Shown here piece after piece: positions 28,008 to 37,910 of a stretch of DNA of 64,000 bases. The notes beneath the pieces are model-generated. The model did no database searches, was not told where the DNA came from, and saw only the letters and a program-made list of their open reading frames with translations. The translations under genes were made by a program, and so were the position numbers. Every line of letters begins with the position of its first letter. The stretch's first letter is position 1. Where the stretch lies: positions 40,465 to 104,464 of IMG/VR virus record IMGVR_UViG_3300028413_000003. One strand, 5' to 3'. This DNA comes from a virus (lineage: Duplodnaviria > Heunggongvirae > Uroviricota > Caudoviricetes).

Positions 28008-29123
28008 ATGAAATACGACTTAATTAACGACACTATACATAGCAAACTAAAAGCCACTACTGCACTATCGGAAAATTCCAAAACAGAAATCCGCTACGAC
28101 GCACTGGTGTTCATTGGCAGGTTCCAGCCATTTCACCTGGGGCACAAAGCAGTGGTTGACGCTGCACTGAAACTGGCAAAAGAAGTGATCCTTGTGCTTG
28201 GGTCCAGCTTTAGTGCAAGAAATACTCGCAACCCATTCACGTTTGAAGAACGCAAGTCGATGATCAAGGCGGTGTATCCACAGGACAATGTCAAAGTTGT
28301 GCCAGTGTGTGATTATCCATACGACGACAACAAATGGGTTGCTGCTGTACAATCTGTGGTGTTCAGCGCAATGAAATACTCCCCCGATCCTCTGCGCATT
28401 GGTCTCATTGGCCACGAAAAAGACGGAACCAGCTTTTACTTGAAAATCTTCCCTACATGGGGCAGCGAAAGTGTTGCCAATGTAGATGGAATTGATGCAA
28501 CACCGATCCGTGAAACTATTTTTGAACACGGTCCTTACCGCGGTGTAGAATTATTTATGTGTGATACCATGCCAGCAGAATCTGCTGATATACTGGACGA
28601 CATTGTTAGAGAATGGGCACACGAAGAATTTGCAACACTGTTTGTTGAATACAGTATGATTCAACAATACAAAGAATCCTGGAAATCCGCACCATATGCA
28701 CCCACCTTTGTAACAACTGATGCAGTTGTAGTGCAAAGTGGACACATTTTATTGGTCAAGCGCAAGCATGCACCGGGTATAGGACTTTGGGCACTGCCTG
28801 GTGGATTCCTTAATCCAGGAGAACGCCTCGAGGCCGGTGCGCTGCGCGAGCTAAAAGAAGAAACAAAAATCAAAGTTCCAGTTCCGGTACTGCGCGGCAG
28901 CATCCGGGCATCAAAGACCTTTGATGATCCATTCCGATCAACCCGCGGCCGCACCATTACAACTGCGTTTTTCATCGACCTCGGGTTTGATAAAACTCTG
29001 CCAAAAGTAAAAGGCAGTGACGATGCAGAACTAGCACGATGGGTACCGTTTAACGAAGTAGACCGTACACAAATGTTTGAGGATCACTTTGCGATTGTTG
29101 ACAACTTCATTAACATCGGATAA
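28008..29123 (+). CDS. natV: NatV-like bifunctional NMN adenylyltransferase / Nudix hydrolase
   Basis: FIGRFQPFHLGH NTase motif; Nudix box GGFLNPGERLEAGALRELKEETKI. Confidence 0.8.
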   Translation: MKYDLINDTIHSKLKATTALSENSKTEIRYDALVFIGRFQPFHLGHKAVVDAALKLAKEVILVLGSSFSARNTRNPFTFEERKSMIKAVYPQDNVKVVPVCDYPYDDNKWVAAVQSVVFSAMKYSPDPLRIGLIGHEKDGTSFYLKIFPTWGSESVANVDGIDATPIRETIFEHGPYRGVELFMCDTMPAESADILDDIVREWAHEEFATLFVEYSMIQQYKESWKSAPYAPTFVTTDAVVVQSGHILLVKRKHAPGIGLWALPGGFLNPGERLEAGALRELKEETKIKVPVPVLRGSIRASKTFDDPFRSTRGRTITTAFFIDLGFDKTLPKVKGSDDAELARWVPFNEVDRTQMFEDHFAIVDNFINIG

Positions 29124-29134
29124 GGAACACAACA

Positions 29135-29464
29135 ATGAAAGTAATTAAACCAGGAAAGTTTGGACACAGCTGGGCTACTGAAGTAACATGTTCTGGCTGG
29201 GGAAATGGCGGCAAAGGTTGCGAAGCTATTCTACAAGTTACCCGCAGTGATTTACGATTTTTTCCTGGTGTGTCTGGTGAAAGTTGGGGCAGCAAAGAAA
29301 GTGCAGTTTCATTCGAGTGCATGTGCTGTGGAAAATTAACCGACCTTGGGCGAGATGATTGGCCCGCAGGTTATACAGATCTTGTAAGATGGACAAAGGA
29401 GTGGCAATCCGCTGCTCCTGAATCAACCTTACCCGAAAGTCCGATTCAAAGAGGATCGGCATAA
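29135..29464 (+). CDS. hypothetical protein
   Basis: 109-aa ORF between natV and nadV. Confidence 0.45.
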   Translation: MKVIKPGKFGHSWATEVTCSGWGNGGKGCEAILQVTRSDLRFFPGVSGESWGSKESAVSFECMCCGKLTDLGRDDWPAGYTDLVRWTKEWQSAAPESTLPESPIQRGSA

Positions 29465-29484
29465 CAACTTAGAGGATTTCTAAA

Positions 29485-30912
29485 ATGAAACATAATATTA
29501 TACTACTATCAGACTCGTACAAGTACAGTCAACCACACCAGTTTCCAAAAGGCACACAGTATGTGAGTTCATATATTGAAAGTCGAGGAGGCGAGGAGAA
29601 CTCAGTGTTCTTCGGCGCGCAGGCGTTGATCAAAGAATATCTAATAGGAGAGGTTGTTACCATTGAAATGATTGATGAAGCAGAAATGATCATCACTCAG
29701 CACGGTGAACCTTTCTATAGAGAACTATGGGACATTATTGTTGAGGAATTCAGCGGTCGTCTCCCAATCGAAATCGAAGCAGTTGCCGAAGGCACATACA
29801 TGCCTATTTCAAACGTACAAATGCAGATCATCAACACTGATCCGCGTTTTTGGTGGTTGCCAGGCTTTTTGGAGCCACTTACACTAAGAGGTGTTTGGTA
29901 CCCTTCGACTGTTGCAACAAAATCACGTAAAATGAAAGCTATCATTGCTCGTGCGCTGGCAACAACCAGCGATGTTCCAGTAATGGATCAGATTATGTTC
30001 AAGCTGCACGACTTTGGAGCACGAGGCGCAACATCACACGAAGCTGCAAAGCTTGGTGGAATGGGTCACCTTGTTAACTTTATGGGCAGCGACACCATTG
30101 AAGGAATTGTAGGAGCAAGACGTTACTATGGCGCAGACATGCCAGGATTTTCAATTCCAGCAAGTGAACACTCTACTATCACAAGCTGGGGCAGAGAAAA
30201 CGAAAAAGCTGCCTACGAAAACATGATCGAGCTATTCGGTGGCGAAGGCAAAATTTATGCATGTGTGAGCGACAGCTACAACATCTACGAAGCTATTAAG
30301 ATGTGGGGCGAACTAAAAGAAAAGATCATCGATAAAGGTGGCACATTGGTTGTTCGGCCAGACAGTGGGGATCCGTTGACTGTTCCAATTGATGTTGTAG
30401 AACTTCTAATGGAAGAGTTTGGATTTACTGTTAATTCAAAAGGCTTTAGAATACTGCCGTCCTACATTCGTGTAATTCAAGGCGACGGTATCAGTGAACA
30501 CAGCTTGCCACAATTGATCAATAACTTGATCCGGGCAGGACTGAGCATTGATAATATTGCATTTGGAATGGGCGGGGGATTGCTGCAATTAGTCAACCGC
30601 GATAGCTTAAAGTACGCCATGAAAGCAAGCGCAATTATGGCATCAGATGGCGAGTGGACTGACGTCTTCAAAGACCCAATCCACGGAGGTAAGACTTCAA
30701 AGAAAGGTCGCCTCGGACTTATATACCAAACCGGCGTCGGCGGCGGTAGTTTTCGTACTGTTCCTAAATCTGTTGCAGACAAGAAAGGCAACTTGTTACG
30801 CCCTATTTTCCGCAACGGAAAGCTGTTAATTGAAGATACTTTTGACCAAGTGCGCGAACGTGCTGCACTTAAAGAGGAGGAATACCTTGATGTTGAATTT
30901 GAAAGATACTAA
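29485..30912 (+). CDS. nadV: nicotinamide phosphoribosyltransferase (NAMPT)
   Basis: 475 aa; N-terminal LLSDSYKYSQPHQFP...YVSSYIESRGG typical of NAMPT/PBEF. Confidence 0.85.
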   Translation: MKHNIILLSDSYKYSQPHQFPKGTQYVSSYIESRGGEENSVFFGAQALIKEYLIGEVVTIEMIDEAEMIITQHGEPFYRELWDIIVEEFSGRLPIEIEAVAEGTYMPISNVQMQIINTDPRFWWLPGFLEPLTLRGVWYPSTVATKSRKMKAIIARALATTSDVPVMDQIMFKLHDFGARGATSHEAAKLGGMGHLVNFMGSDTIEGIVGARRYYGADMPGFSIPASEHSTITSWGRENEKAAYENMIELFGGEGKIYACVSDSYNIYEAIKMWGELKEKIIDKGGTLVVRPDSGDPLTVPIDVVELLMEEFGFTVNSKGFRILPSYIRVIQGDGISEHSLPQLINNLIRAGLSIDNIAFGMGGGLLQLVNRDSLKYAMKASAIMASDGEWTDVFKDPIHGGKTSKKGRLGLIYQTGVGGGSFRTVPKSVADKKGNLLRPIFRNGKLLIEDTFDQVRERAALKEEEYLDVEFERY

Positions 30913-31058
30913 CAGACAGGAATACACTGCGTGGGTTGCAAGCGTTTGGAAAGCTAACCACAAACGCATACTAGACGAAAAAATTAATAAAACAATGAAA
31001 TTCAAAAACGAAGATGATTGTTCTGTAACTATTCGTACAACCCAGTGATAATAAAGAT

Positions 31059-31084
31059 AAAGGCGGATTTAGTTCCGCCTTTAT
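31059..31084 (+). terminator. Rho-independent terminator
   Basis: aaaggcgg-attt agtt-ccgccttt hairpin with short T tract. Confidence 0.5.
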
Positions 31085-31146
31085 CATTGACAGCATACAT
31101 ATACAATGCTATTGTACATTATAGCGTATCTAGCAAGGAGACACTG

Positions 31147-31305
31147 ATGAAAATCTTAATAGAATATATTTTGCCCAACGTGGCACTGTTTGGCAGCATC
31201 TATCTGCTTGCAAAATACGTAGAAAATTCAGTCTGGTACTGGATCGAAAACTACGAAGAAGCTCGTGTAACGCTTGATGGCGTTATACAAAAAATCAAAC
31301 TTTAA
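31147..31305 (+). CDS. hypothetical small membrane protein
   Basis: RBS aggaga then ATG 31147; hydrophobic ILPNVALFGSIYLLA. Confidence 0.4.
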   Translation: MKILIEYILPNVALFGSIYLLAKYVENSVWYWIENYEEARVTLDGVIQKIKL

Positions 31306-31331
31306 CACTTAACCTCAATAGGAGACACACC

Positions 31332-32726
31332 ATGGGTGGTCTAATTTTATCGGGAATTTTGCTCTTTGTTGCACTTGCAGCATTGTTCATTCCCTTTCCA
31401 AAAGAACTTTTACGAATCAAAAAAGTCATTGCAGGCGGCGCATTCGGCGCCTGCACATTGGTACTATCCAGCAGCGCATTCGGCTATAACGATGCAGGAT
31501 TCCAAACGCATGTGCGTACTATCTTTAGTACAGAATCAGCAGTGATGGATACCGGTTGGTATTTTGCAGGATGGGGCATCAGTACAACTTGGCCCAAGTT
31601 TATCACAGTTGTAAACACTGCCAATCCGGATGCTGTTGGAAACGCAGTCAATGCTCCTTACCGTGTGCGATTGGCAGACAACTGGACTGGCGACGTGACG
31701 CAAAGCACAATCTTTCAAATTCCAAACGATCCGGTAGAGTTTGTAGAGATGTCAAAAACCTTCCGAACATTGAGTCAGCTGGTTAATTCCGCACTGATTC
31801 CAGATGTGAATGCAAGTATCGACAGCGTTGCAAACATGTTTACCATGGAAGAATACTACAGCGGCGGACAGCGTGATCAATTCAAGACTGAATTTTATGA
31901 CACAATCACAAAAGGCCGGGCAATGGTGCGCCAAATCAGTCTTAATCAATCAGGCGGAATTGTTCCAAGTAGAGCAAGACCCAATGATGACGAAGCAACT
32001 GAAAACTTAGACCAGGTTGGTGACACTGACGTAAGACAATTAGTGATGGAGAAAATCCTAGATCAAAACGGCGAGCCGATTCGTAGGGAAACAGTTTCTT
32101 CACAGTATGGTATTACAGTAAGCCAGGCGATCCTCGAAGGCATTGACCCGGATGATGAGTACGAGAATCAGATCATTGCACGAAAAGCTGCATCGTCACG
32201 TAGAGTTGTAGCACGTGAACAGCGCTTGGAACAGGAAGAACAGCGTTTGCTGGCCATCCAAACTGGTGCAACCGACATTGCACGTCGCCAGGCCACGGCA
32301 CAAGTTGAACAAATTGAACAAACAACTGGTGCCGAAACTCAAAAGCAGCTGGTACTCATTGCTGCTGGACAACGGTTAGAGCAAGCTGAATTTGCACGTG
32401 AAACGGCCGTTATCGACTTAGAAAGAGCACGAATCGAAGCCGAAAGTGTAACAGTTGCAGCCGACGCTGAAGCATATGCAAAAGAAGCAATTCTACTTGC
32501 TGACGGAGCACTTGCTCAAAAACTTGATGCTTGGGTACAAGCGCAGACAGTATGGGCCGCGGCAGCAGCAACGATCAATGTTCCGAGCACAGTGTTTAAC
32601 AGCGGCAGCGCAGGCGGCGAAGGTGGTACGACCGGGAATGCACTCGGAACAGTTGATCAGTTCATGCAAATGATTATGATTAAGACTGCACAAGATCTGC
32701 AAGTTGATCCAACTATTCGCAACTAA
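31332..32726 (+). CDS. SPFH/band-7-like membrane protein
   Basis: N-terminal TM then long Q/E/A/R coiled-coil (RLEQEEQRLLAIQ...). Confidence 0.5.
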   Translation: MGGLILSGILLFVALAALFIPFPKELLRIKKVIAGGAFGACTLVLSSSAFGYNDAGFQTHVRTIFSTESAVMDTGWYFAGWGISTTWPKFITVVNTANPDAVGNAVNAPYRVRLADNWTGDVTQSTIFQIPNDPVEFVEMSKTFRTLSQLVNSALIPDVNASIDSVANMFTMEEYYSGGQRDQFKTEFYDTITKGRAMVRQISLNQSGGIVPSRARPNDDEATENLDQVGDTDVRQLVMEKILDQNGEPIRRETVSSQYGITVSQAILEGIDPDDEYENQIIARKAASSRRVVAREQRLEQEEQRLLAIQTGATDIARRQATAQVEQIEQTTGAETQKQLVLIAAGQRLEQAEFARETAVIDLERARIEAESVTVAADAEAYAKEAILLADGALAQKLDAWVQAQTVWAAAAATINVPSTVFNSGSAGGEGGTTGNALGTVDQFMQMIMIKTAQDLQVDPTIRN

Positions 32727-32742
32727 GCGTTAACGGATAAAG

Positions 32743-32765
32743 AAAAGGGCCCCTGGGGCCCTTTT
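32743..32765 (+). terminator. Rho-independent terminator
   Basis: aaaagggcccc t ggggccc tttt. Confidence 0.75.
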
Positions 32766-32820
32766 CACTTGACTACGTGTACAAGTATGTGCTACTGTAA
32801 CTTACAAGAGGAGAGAATTC

Positions 32821-33153
32821 GTGACAACTTTACCACACAAAACTTACCCAACATTAGCAGAAACTGTATTTGCAGCATGCGACGAGATCAACAACGGACG
32901 TACACTGCAAGACATACTGACACACCTTGTAACAGAAGTAGGCGAGCTTGCCCTAGAGATCCAAATACAGAACGGCAAGAGCTACAAAATTGCACACAAG
33001 AACGGTCCTGTAGACGAAGCAATAGATGTTATTGCCTGCGCACTAGACATCATCCACACATATGCGCCCGAAGTTACTGACTTAGATTTACAAGTAATGA
33101 TGCAGCACAAGCTAAAGAAGTGGAAGGACACGCAATGCCCAAGCGTAGAATAA
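32821..33153 (+). CDS. mazG: MazG-like nucleoside triphosphate pyrophosphohydrolase (GTG start)
   Basis: TEVGELALEI and IDVIACALDIIH motifs; 110 aa. Confidence 0.55.
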   Translation: MTTLPHKTYPTLAETVFAACDEINNGRTLQDILTHLVTEVGELALEIQIQNGKSYKIAHKNGPVDEAIDVIACALDIIHTYAPEVTDLDLQVMMQHKLKKWKDTQCPSVE

Positions 33154-33482
33154 TAATTAGAGAATCAGAGATCACAAAGATGAGCAAGCGCAGCAAGTCT
33201 TGGTACAAAGCTATTATCTTTACTCCGCTGACACGCACTTACTTTGAAAAGAGAATAACTCACTCTGCTGTCAGAGGCAAAGCTTACCTTGCTGATCAGT
33301 ACTCGTTGTACAATTATCCTCACGCTATGCTGCGTCGCCTTACTATGCTCAAGCTGCACGACGACAGATATCCGTCGTGGCTGATAAAATACAACGAAAG
33401 AGATGAACTTGTAGTTCGTCCTACCCTCCGGCAACCAGATTCTCGATTAGGAATCGCAACATATGTGGAACATGATAAATGA
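33120..33482 (+). CDS. hypothetical protein
   Basis: 120-aa ORF. Confidence 0.4.
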   Translation: MEGHAMPKRRIIIRESEITKMSKRSKSWYKAIIFTPLTRTYFEKRITHSAVRGKAYLADQYSLYNYPHAMLRRLTMLKLHDDRYPSWLIKYNERDELVVRPTLRQPDSRLGIATYVEHDK

Positions 33483-33688
33483 AAGACTTTAATCGCATTA
33501 ACGAACTTGCAATGTGGATGGTCGAATGCATTGGCAAAAACAAAGAGCTTGTGCTAAGGTCTCGACAAGGTGCAGACTGGGATTGGGTTGCGTCAGAAGT
33601 GTGGAGGTCATTTCCAGGAATTGTTGATGAGTTTCTCATCAACAATTCAATTGACTTTTTACTTGAAGCTGCGGAGATTGACGAATGA
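33479..33688 (+). CDS. hypothetical small protein
   Basis: 69-aa ORF, ATGA junctions both sides. Confidence 0.4.
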   Translation: MKDFNRINELAMWMVECIGKNKELVLRSRQGADWDWVASEVWRSFPGIVDEFLINNSIDFLLEAAEIDE

Positions 33689-34071
33689 AGTATTCAGGAG
33701 AATTTATTTACGCAACTATATCATTTATGCGAGCAGTGGATCAAGAGATAGGATTGCTAGAAGAAAAAGCAGATGCAATGCTGGATGCATTGGATCCGGC
33801 TATAAAGCGCCAGATGTTGTTTGCAATGATCAAAGGCAACGTAACAGGATCAATGACTATTCACGCTGTACCCGGTGTCTTGAGCCGACAAAAAATCCAA
33901 GCTATTAAAGCAGTGCGCGCCTCAACAGGATATGGACTCAAAGAAGCAAAGGACGTAATTGACGAGTGTGAAAAGCAAGGCAGATCTACTATTCCAGGAG
34001 AATGGGAACCTGGTGTTTGGTCTCAACTAAAGCACGCGCTTACAGGAACTGGATACGAGATGTTGTACTAA
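33685..34071 (+). CDS. ribosomal protein bL12 (L7/L12) C-terminal-domain-like protein
   Basis: KIQAIKAVRASTGYGLKEAKDVIDE versus E. coli bL12 [25 protein letters not shown]; no bL12 N-terminal dimerisation/L10-binding domain. Confidence 0.6.
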   Translation: MKYSGEFIYATISFMRAVDQEIGLLEEKADAMLDALDPAIKRQMLFAMIKGNVTGSMTIHAVPGVLSRQKIQAIKAVRASTGYGLKEAKDVIDECEKQGRSTIPGEWEPGVWSQLKHALTGTGYEMLY

Positions 34072-34507
34072 TGGATATACTAAATGACGAGCAAGCAAAA
34101 GCAGCCATAGTTTCAAAGCGGTGGAGAATGTGGTATAAAAACAGCAGCATGTCAATATACAACTGGAAAGTTCAAAAAAACGTGGTACGGAATATGGAAA
34201 AAAATTGGAAGTTTTTATTCAAAGGAAGAAGCGTTACAAGCTAAAGCAACACTGATGAAAGAAGATGTACTAACCTTTTGCGGCAGCGTGTACGAATTGA
34301 AATAAAACATGACAAGGAAACAATTTGTGCCCTTTATATTAGAGTGTGAAGAGACAGTAACTTTGCACTAGGCACCACAGAGACAATACAGTTTGCAGCT
34401 CAGGTATTAAAGATACATCCGATGGAGGTGTGGTGTGCGTTTCCATGCTACAATGATCTAGACAAGCTTGCTGCAGGCACACACTCGTACTTAACACAGG
34501 AAACAAC

Positions 34508-34876
34508 ATGAACATTAGAGATCGCATTTCAGAGATACTGTGGAGCAACATTTATAACAGCGAAGGCACAGTGATAGGTATCGAAGATGCAGCCGATACA
34601 ATAGCCTCTGTCTTGCCTAAGATGATTGTGCCTCTAGTGTGGGATACCACTTGCGCGCAGGTCTTTCCAAACGGTGCAGGCGTAATTCATTGTAAGGCAC
34701 AGGCGCAATTTGGATTTAATTATTGTATTTCTTCCTCGGCCGAAGATGGAATAGTTGTATCATTTTCTTATGGTGGGTTCGATGTTTCCGCAGAGACCGT
34801 AGAGGGTGCCCAGGCCAAAGCTGATGCACATTACTGCAAACAGGTCCTGGCGCCGTTCAAAGGAGAAGACAAATGA
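34508..34876 (+). CDS. hypothetical protein
   Basis: 122-aa ORF. Confidence 0.45.
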   Translation: MNIRDRISEILWSNIYNSEGTVIGIEDAADTIASVLPKMIVPLVWDTTCAQVFPNGAGVIHCKAQAQFGFNYCISSSAEDGIVVSFSYGGFDVSAETVEGAQAKADAHYCKQVLAPFKGEDK

Positions 34877-35091
34877 ACAACAGAGAAGATGTAATAGTTG
34901 TCTGGGACAGTAACGCAAGATACTTTCAATCCTGGCTCGGCACTTACAAAGGCGATGGCATTGAACACGGAAAGCAAGTTGCCCAACGAATAAACGGTAG
35001 TTATCAAGTGTTTACTGTTCCTGGAGTTTGGGCAACAGTCGACGTAGATCCTACAGCCACTTTAGATCCAGTTTTTGTCTCAAAGAGATAA
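34873..35091 (+). CDS. hypothetical small protein
   Basis: 72-aa ORF, ATGA overlap. Confidence 0.4.
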   Translation: MNNREDVIVVWDSNARYFQSWLGTYKGDGIEHGKQVAQRINGSYQVFTVPGVWATVDVDPTATLDPVFVSKR

Positions 35092-35245
35092 ATAAATACA
35101 ACAAAGGAAACTACTTTCAATGACACTCATACTTGCCACAGCGATCAATTCATGGACACCAGGGCAATCTAATCCTGTCTTGAATCTATGTGTAAAGGGT
35201 GTTAAAAACTAGATAGTTACTTTAAAAACTAAAAGTTCTGAAACA

Positions 35246-35279
35246 CCTTCCACGCGTAACTGCTTAGGAAGGTTTTTTT
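35246..35279 (+). terminator. Rho-independent terminator
   Basis: ccttcc ... ggaagg stem followed by ttttttt. Confidence 0.6.
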
Positions 35280-35299
35280 ATGTTCTCCTAAAATAGGCA

Positions 35300-35328
35300 T
35301 TGACAAGGCTCACAACATAGCGTACAAC
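35300..35328 (+). promoter_or_regulatory. sigma70-like promoter TTGACA-N17-TACAAC
   Basis: Head of the tRNA island. Confidence 0.4.
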
Positions 35329-35405
35329 AGTTAAACAGTAGGACAACAAACAACGTAGACGCAAATTAAAAGCAAAACTTGTTTGTTAGAATACTAAACA
35401 AGTGC

Positions 35406-35434
35406 TTGACACACACTATAAAAAGTGTTACATT
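35406..35434 (+). promoter_or_regulatory. sigma70-like promoter TTGACA-N17-TACATT
   Basis: Followed by GCAA-tetraloop hairpin 35444-35461 and about 500 nt non-coding leader before tRNA-Asn. Confidence 0.5.
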
Positions 35435-35938
35435 ATTAATAAGGCAAACAGCAATGTTTGCACGCTCTTTAAAACTAACTAGATGCAGTTGTTAGTATCG
35501 AAAGATACACAAAACAACTACTCGCTTAGACTCAAGTCGATAATAGTGAGAGAAAGTAGAGGAACGCACACACCAATGTGCGTTCATAACTCTACTTTCA
35601 CATGCATATTGGGCAGCACCCGAGATTAGTATCAGAAAGTGGTTTTTCTGTGAAACACGCAGGAGAGCACCAAACGACAATAGACCAGCAGTGCAATGAT
35701 TAACCACATTGTACACCAGTCGACGATAATTAAACAATATGCAGATGAAAGTAGAGTTTGCTGGCTAGTTTAGAGAAACTTGGTGCGCGATTGTTTAGCG
35801 GCGGTGGCATTGAGTTGCATGGTTGTTGATGAGTTGTATGTAGTTCGAAACACATACAAGTTAATCACCAGCGAAGCTTAAAACACTATCCGTGAAGGAT
35901 GGAGAGGACGTGAGTCTAAGGCAATACAAAAGAAATAT

Positions 35939-36013
35939 TCTCCCCGGCGCGCAAGGTGTGCGAGCTGACTGTTAATCAGTTGTAGTCTGGTTCGATTCCA
36001 GAGGGGAGAGCCA
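35939..36013 (+). tRNA. tRNA-Asn (anticodon GUU)
   Basis: Manual cloverleaf: acceptor TCTCCCC/GGGGAGA, loop CTGTTAA, T-loop TTCGATT, CCA encoded. Confidence 0.75.
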
Positions 36014-36352
36014 AATAACAAGAGCTTTGCAATGTATGACTTTCCTATATGGTTGTATTTGACCGCGACAATTTACCGAATAGTTGGTAATAGTGGCTAT
36101 ACATAAAAGTCTCAATCGAGACGTTGGATTGCAAATTCAATAACGGTACTAGATTAGTCGTTATCTAGTTAAATCGCCTGCTATGGTTGAGCCCACCACT
36201 TAGATAAGAGATTCATTGCAAAGTCCACTAAGGCTGTAAATACGAATCCGCTAAGTTAAACTATTGTTTGTTCCCCAAGGGTAGCAAACGCAAGCAGGTG
36301 TGCAAACACGGCAGTCTCATTGCGTAGCAACGGTGACACCTGCTATAAATAA

Positions 36353-36442
36353 GGACAGGTGCCTGAGAGGCCGAAAGGAACGGTTTGCTAAATCGTCGTA
36401 CCGGAAACGGTACCCAGGGTTCGAATCCCTGTCTGTCTGCCA
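36353..36442 (+). tRNA. tRNA-Ser (anticodon GCU), type II long variable arm
   Basis: Anticodon loop TTGCTAA, variable arm CGTACCGGAAACGGTAC, T-loop TTCGAAT, CCA encoded. Confidence 0.8.
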
Positions 36443-36529
36443 TAAATTAAAAGTTATTATGGGCCCACACACCAAACTGGTGCAACAGGTAGGTCCTTTA
36501 GAAGTATAGTAATATACATCCACTAATAC

Positions 36530-36605
36530 GGGGGATTAGCTCATCTGGGAGAGCGCTACATTTGCAATGTAGAGGTGGTCGGGTCGGGACCGACATTCTC
36601 CACCA
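36530..36605 (+). tRNA. tRNA-Ala (anticodon UGC)
   Basis: G3:U70 pair present, loop TTTGCAA, CCA encoded. Confidence 0.8.
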
Positions 36606-36921
36606 ACAACGTTAGATTTGTGCCATGTAAACATAGTTGATGCCACAACAACTTAAGATACTGCATTGGACTGCCGGATAGACACCCCTTCTCGGGTTGC
36701 TCTGGCAGACACCACTTTATGCCTAACATAAGATACTCTCACTAAAGGATGCATACATTGCCTTGGTGAGGAAAGGAAGGTTATGCCCTTCCTGAGAGAT
36801 TAGGGGTTAGCTTAGTTGGGGTATTTAATAATCCTAACGATGCTGCTATAGCAAATAACTGTTTAAGAAAAACAATATACAATTGAGTCAACAGTAACAA
36901 AGTTTTTAACTATCTAAAAAT

Positions 36922-36996
36922 AGTTCGGTAGCTCAAAGGAAGAGCGTTGGTGTTACATACCAAAGGTTGAGATTTCAAAATTCTCTCGGACTACCA
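36922..36996 (+). tRNA. tRNA-Val (anticodon UAC)
   Basis: Acceptor AGTTCGG/TCGGACT, loop GTTACAT, T-loop TTCAAAA (one T-stem mismatch), CCA encoded. Confidence 0.65.
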
Positions 36997-37426
36997 GATC
37001 CCCTACCAGACACAGTGCGCTTGAGATGCCTCACTGTTTAAACATCAGAAGCATTCCGCGTAGCGCAGTACAGCCAGATTGTAAAGATCAAGTAGTACAC
37101 GATAGGCAGCGGCTATCAAAATATTAGAGTTAGGTGTTTAGTCTACGCACTAAACACCCAAGTGGTGGGAAAGAATAGGCGTCAATTGCTAGGCATAGAC
37201 GTGATAAAGTTTGCTTTTAACATATAATGTTTTAAGCATTGGGTCCTATTCAAACAGAATATCCTAGCTTGATTACAGGCGACAACTTGTAATCAAGTGA
37301 CACAACATAGTTCATTGCGTTGTCGCGCAGAAAGCACGCTTGGCTCACACCCAAGAAGATCGGAAATTGGATGACCGAGCTGCGTTCGGCGCAGTGTAGT
37401 GTAAATGTTGGATTGTAATTTTATAT

Positions 37427-37502
37427 GCGGGCGTAGCTCAGTGGTAGTAGCGTTAGTTTTCCAAACTAAATGTCGTCGGTTCGATCCCGATCGCCCGCTC
37501 CA
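37427..37502 (+). tRNA. tRNA-Gly (anticodon UCC)
   Basis: Acceptor GCGGGCG/CGCCCGC, loop TTTCCAA, CCA encoded. Confidence 0.8.
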
Positions 37503-37910
37503 AATAACCCGACCGTATGTGATTTATTATCAAGCAATAAATTATTCACTACGGCGTTACAGTGATCCGTGTGAGGCAATGTATATAATGCAAGGACTCC
37601 GTGATCAATCACTGTTTGAACATCACTTGTCTGAGACTGCAAAGATTGGACCACCTAAGCCGTAAGGTAAACCTGGAACGATAGTATATGGTGTCCAGCA
37701 AGTGTGTATTATTTTTGGTATCCACCGTGGCGTCAAATGTTATGACATAGGGCAGGTGGACGAAGAGACAGCATGTTAGACTGCCAAAATTAACATAGGC
37801 ATACGGGATAGCAAAGAGTAAGAAAGCGACGCATTGCATGAGCGATGTTTGTCACCTCGGAATCCATGGGGACCGCAAGGATACACTTACCGCCTAGCTT
37901 TAATAATAAC

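Noticed and set aside
29110-29464. Minus-strand ORFs 29110..29322 and 29238..29462
   Set aside because: Antisense to the plus-strand ORF 29135..29464 within a uniformly plus-strand operon.
35492-37665. Track ORFs inside the tRNA island (35492..35737 -, 36261..36443 -, 36300..36509 +, 36317..36523 -, 37405..37665 +, 37466..37654 -)
   Set aside because: They overlap tRNA genes or hairpin spacers, have no RBS, and show no protein-like composition. Treated as non-coding.
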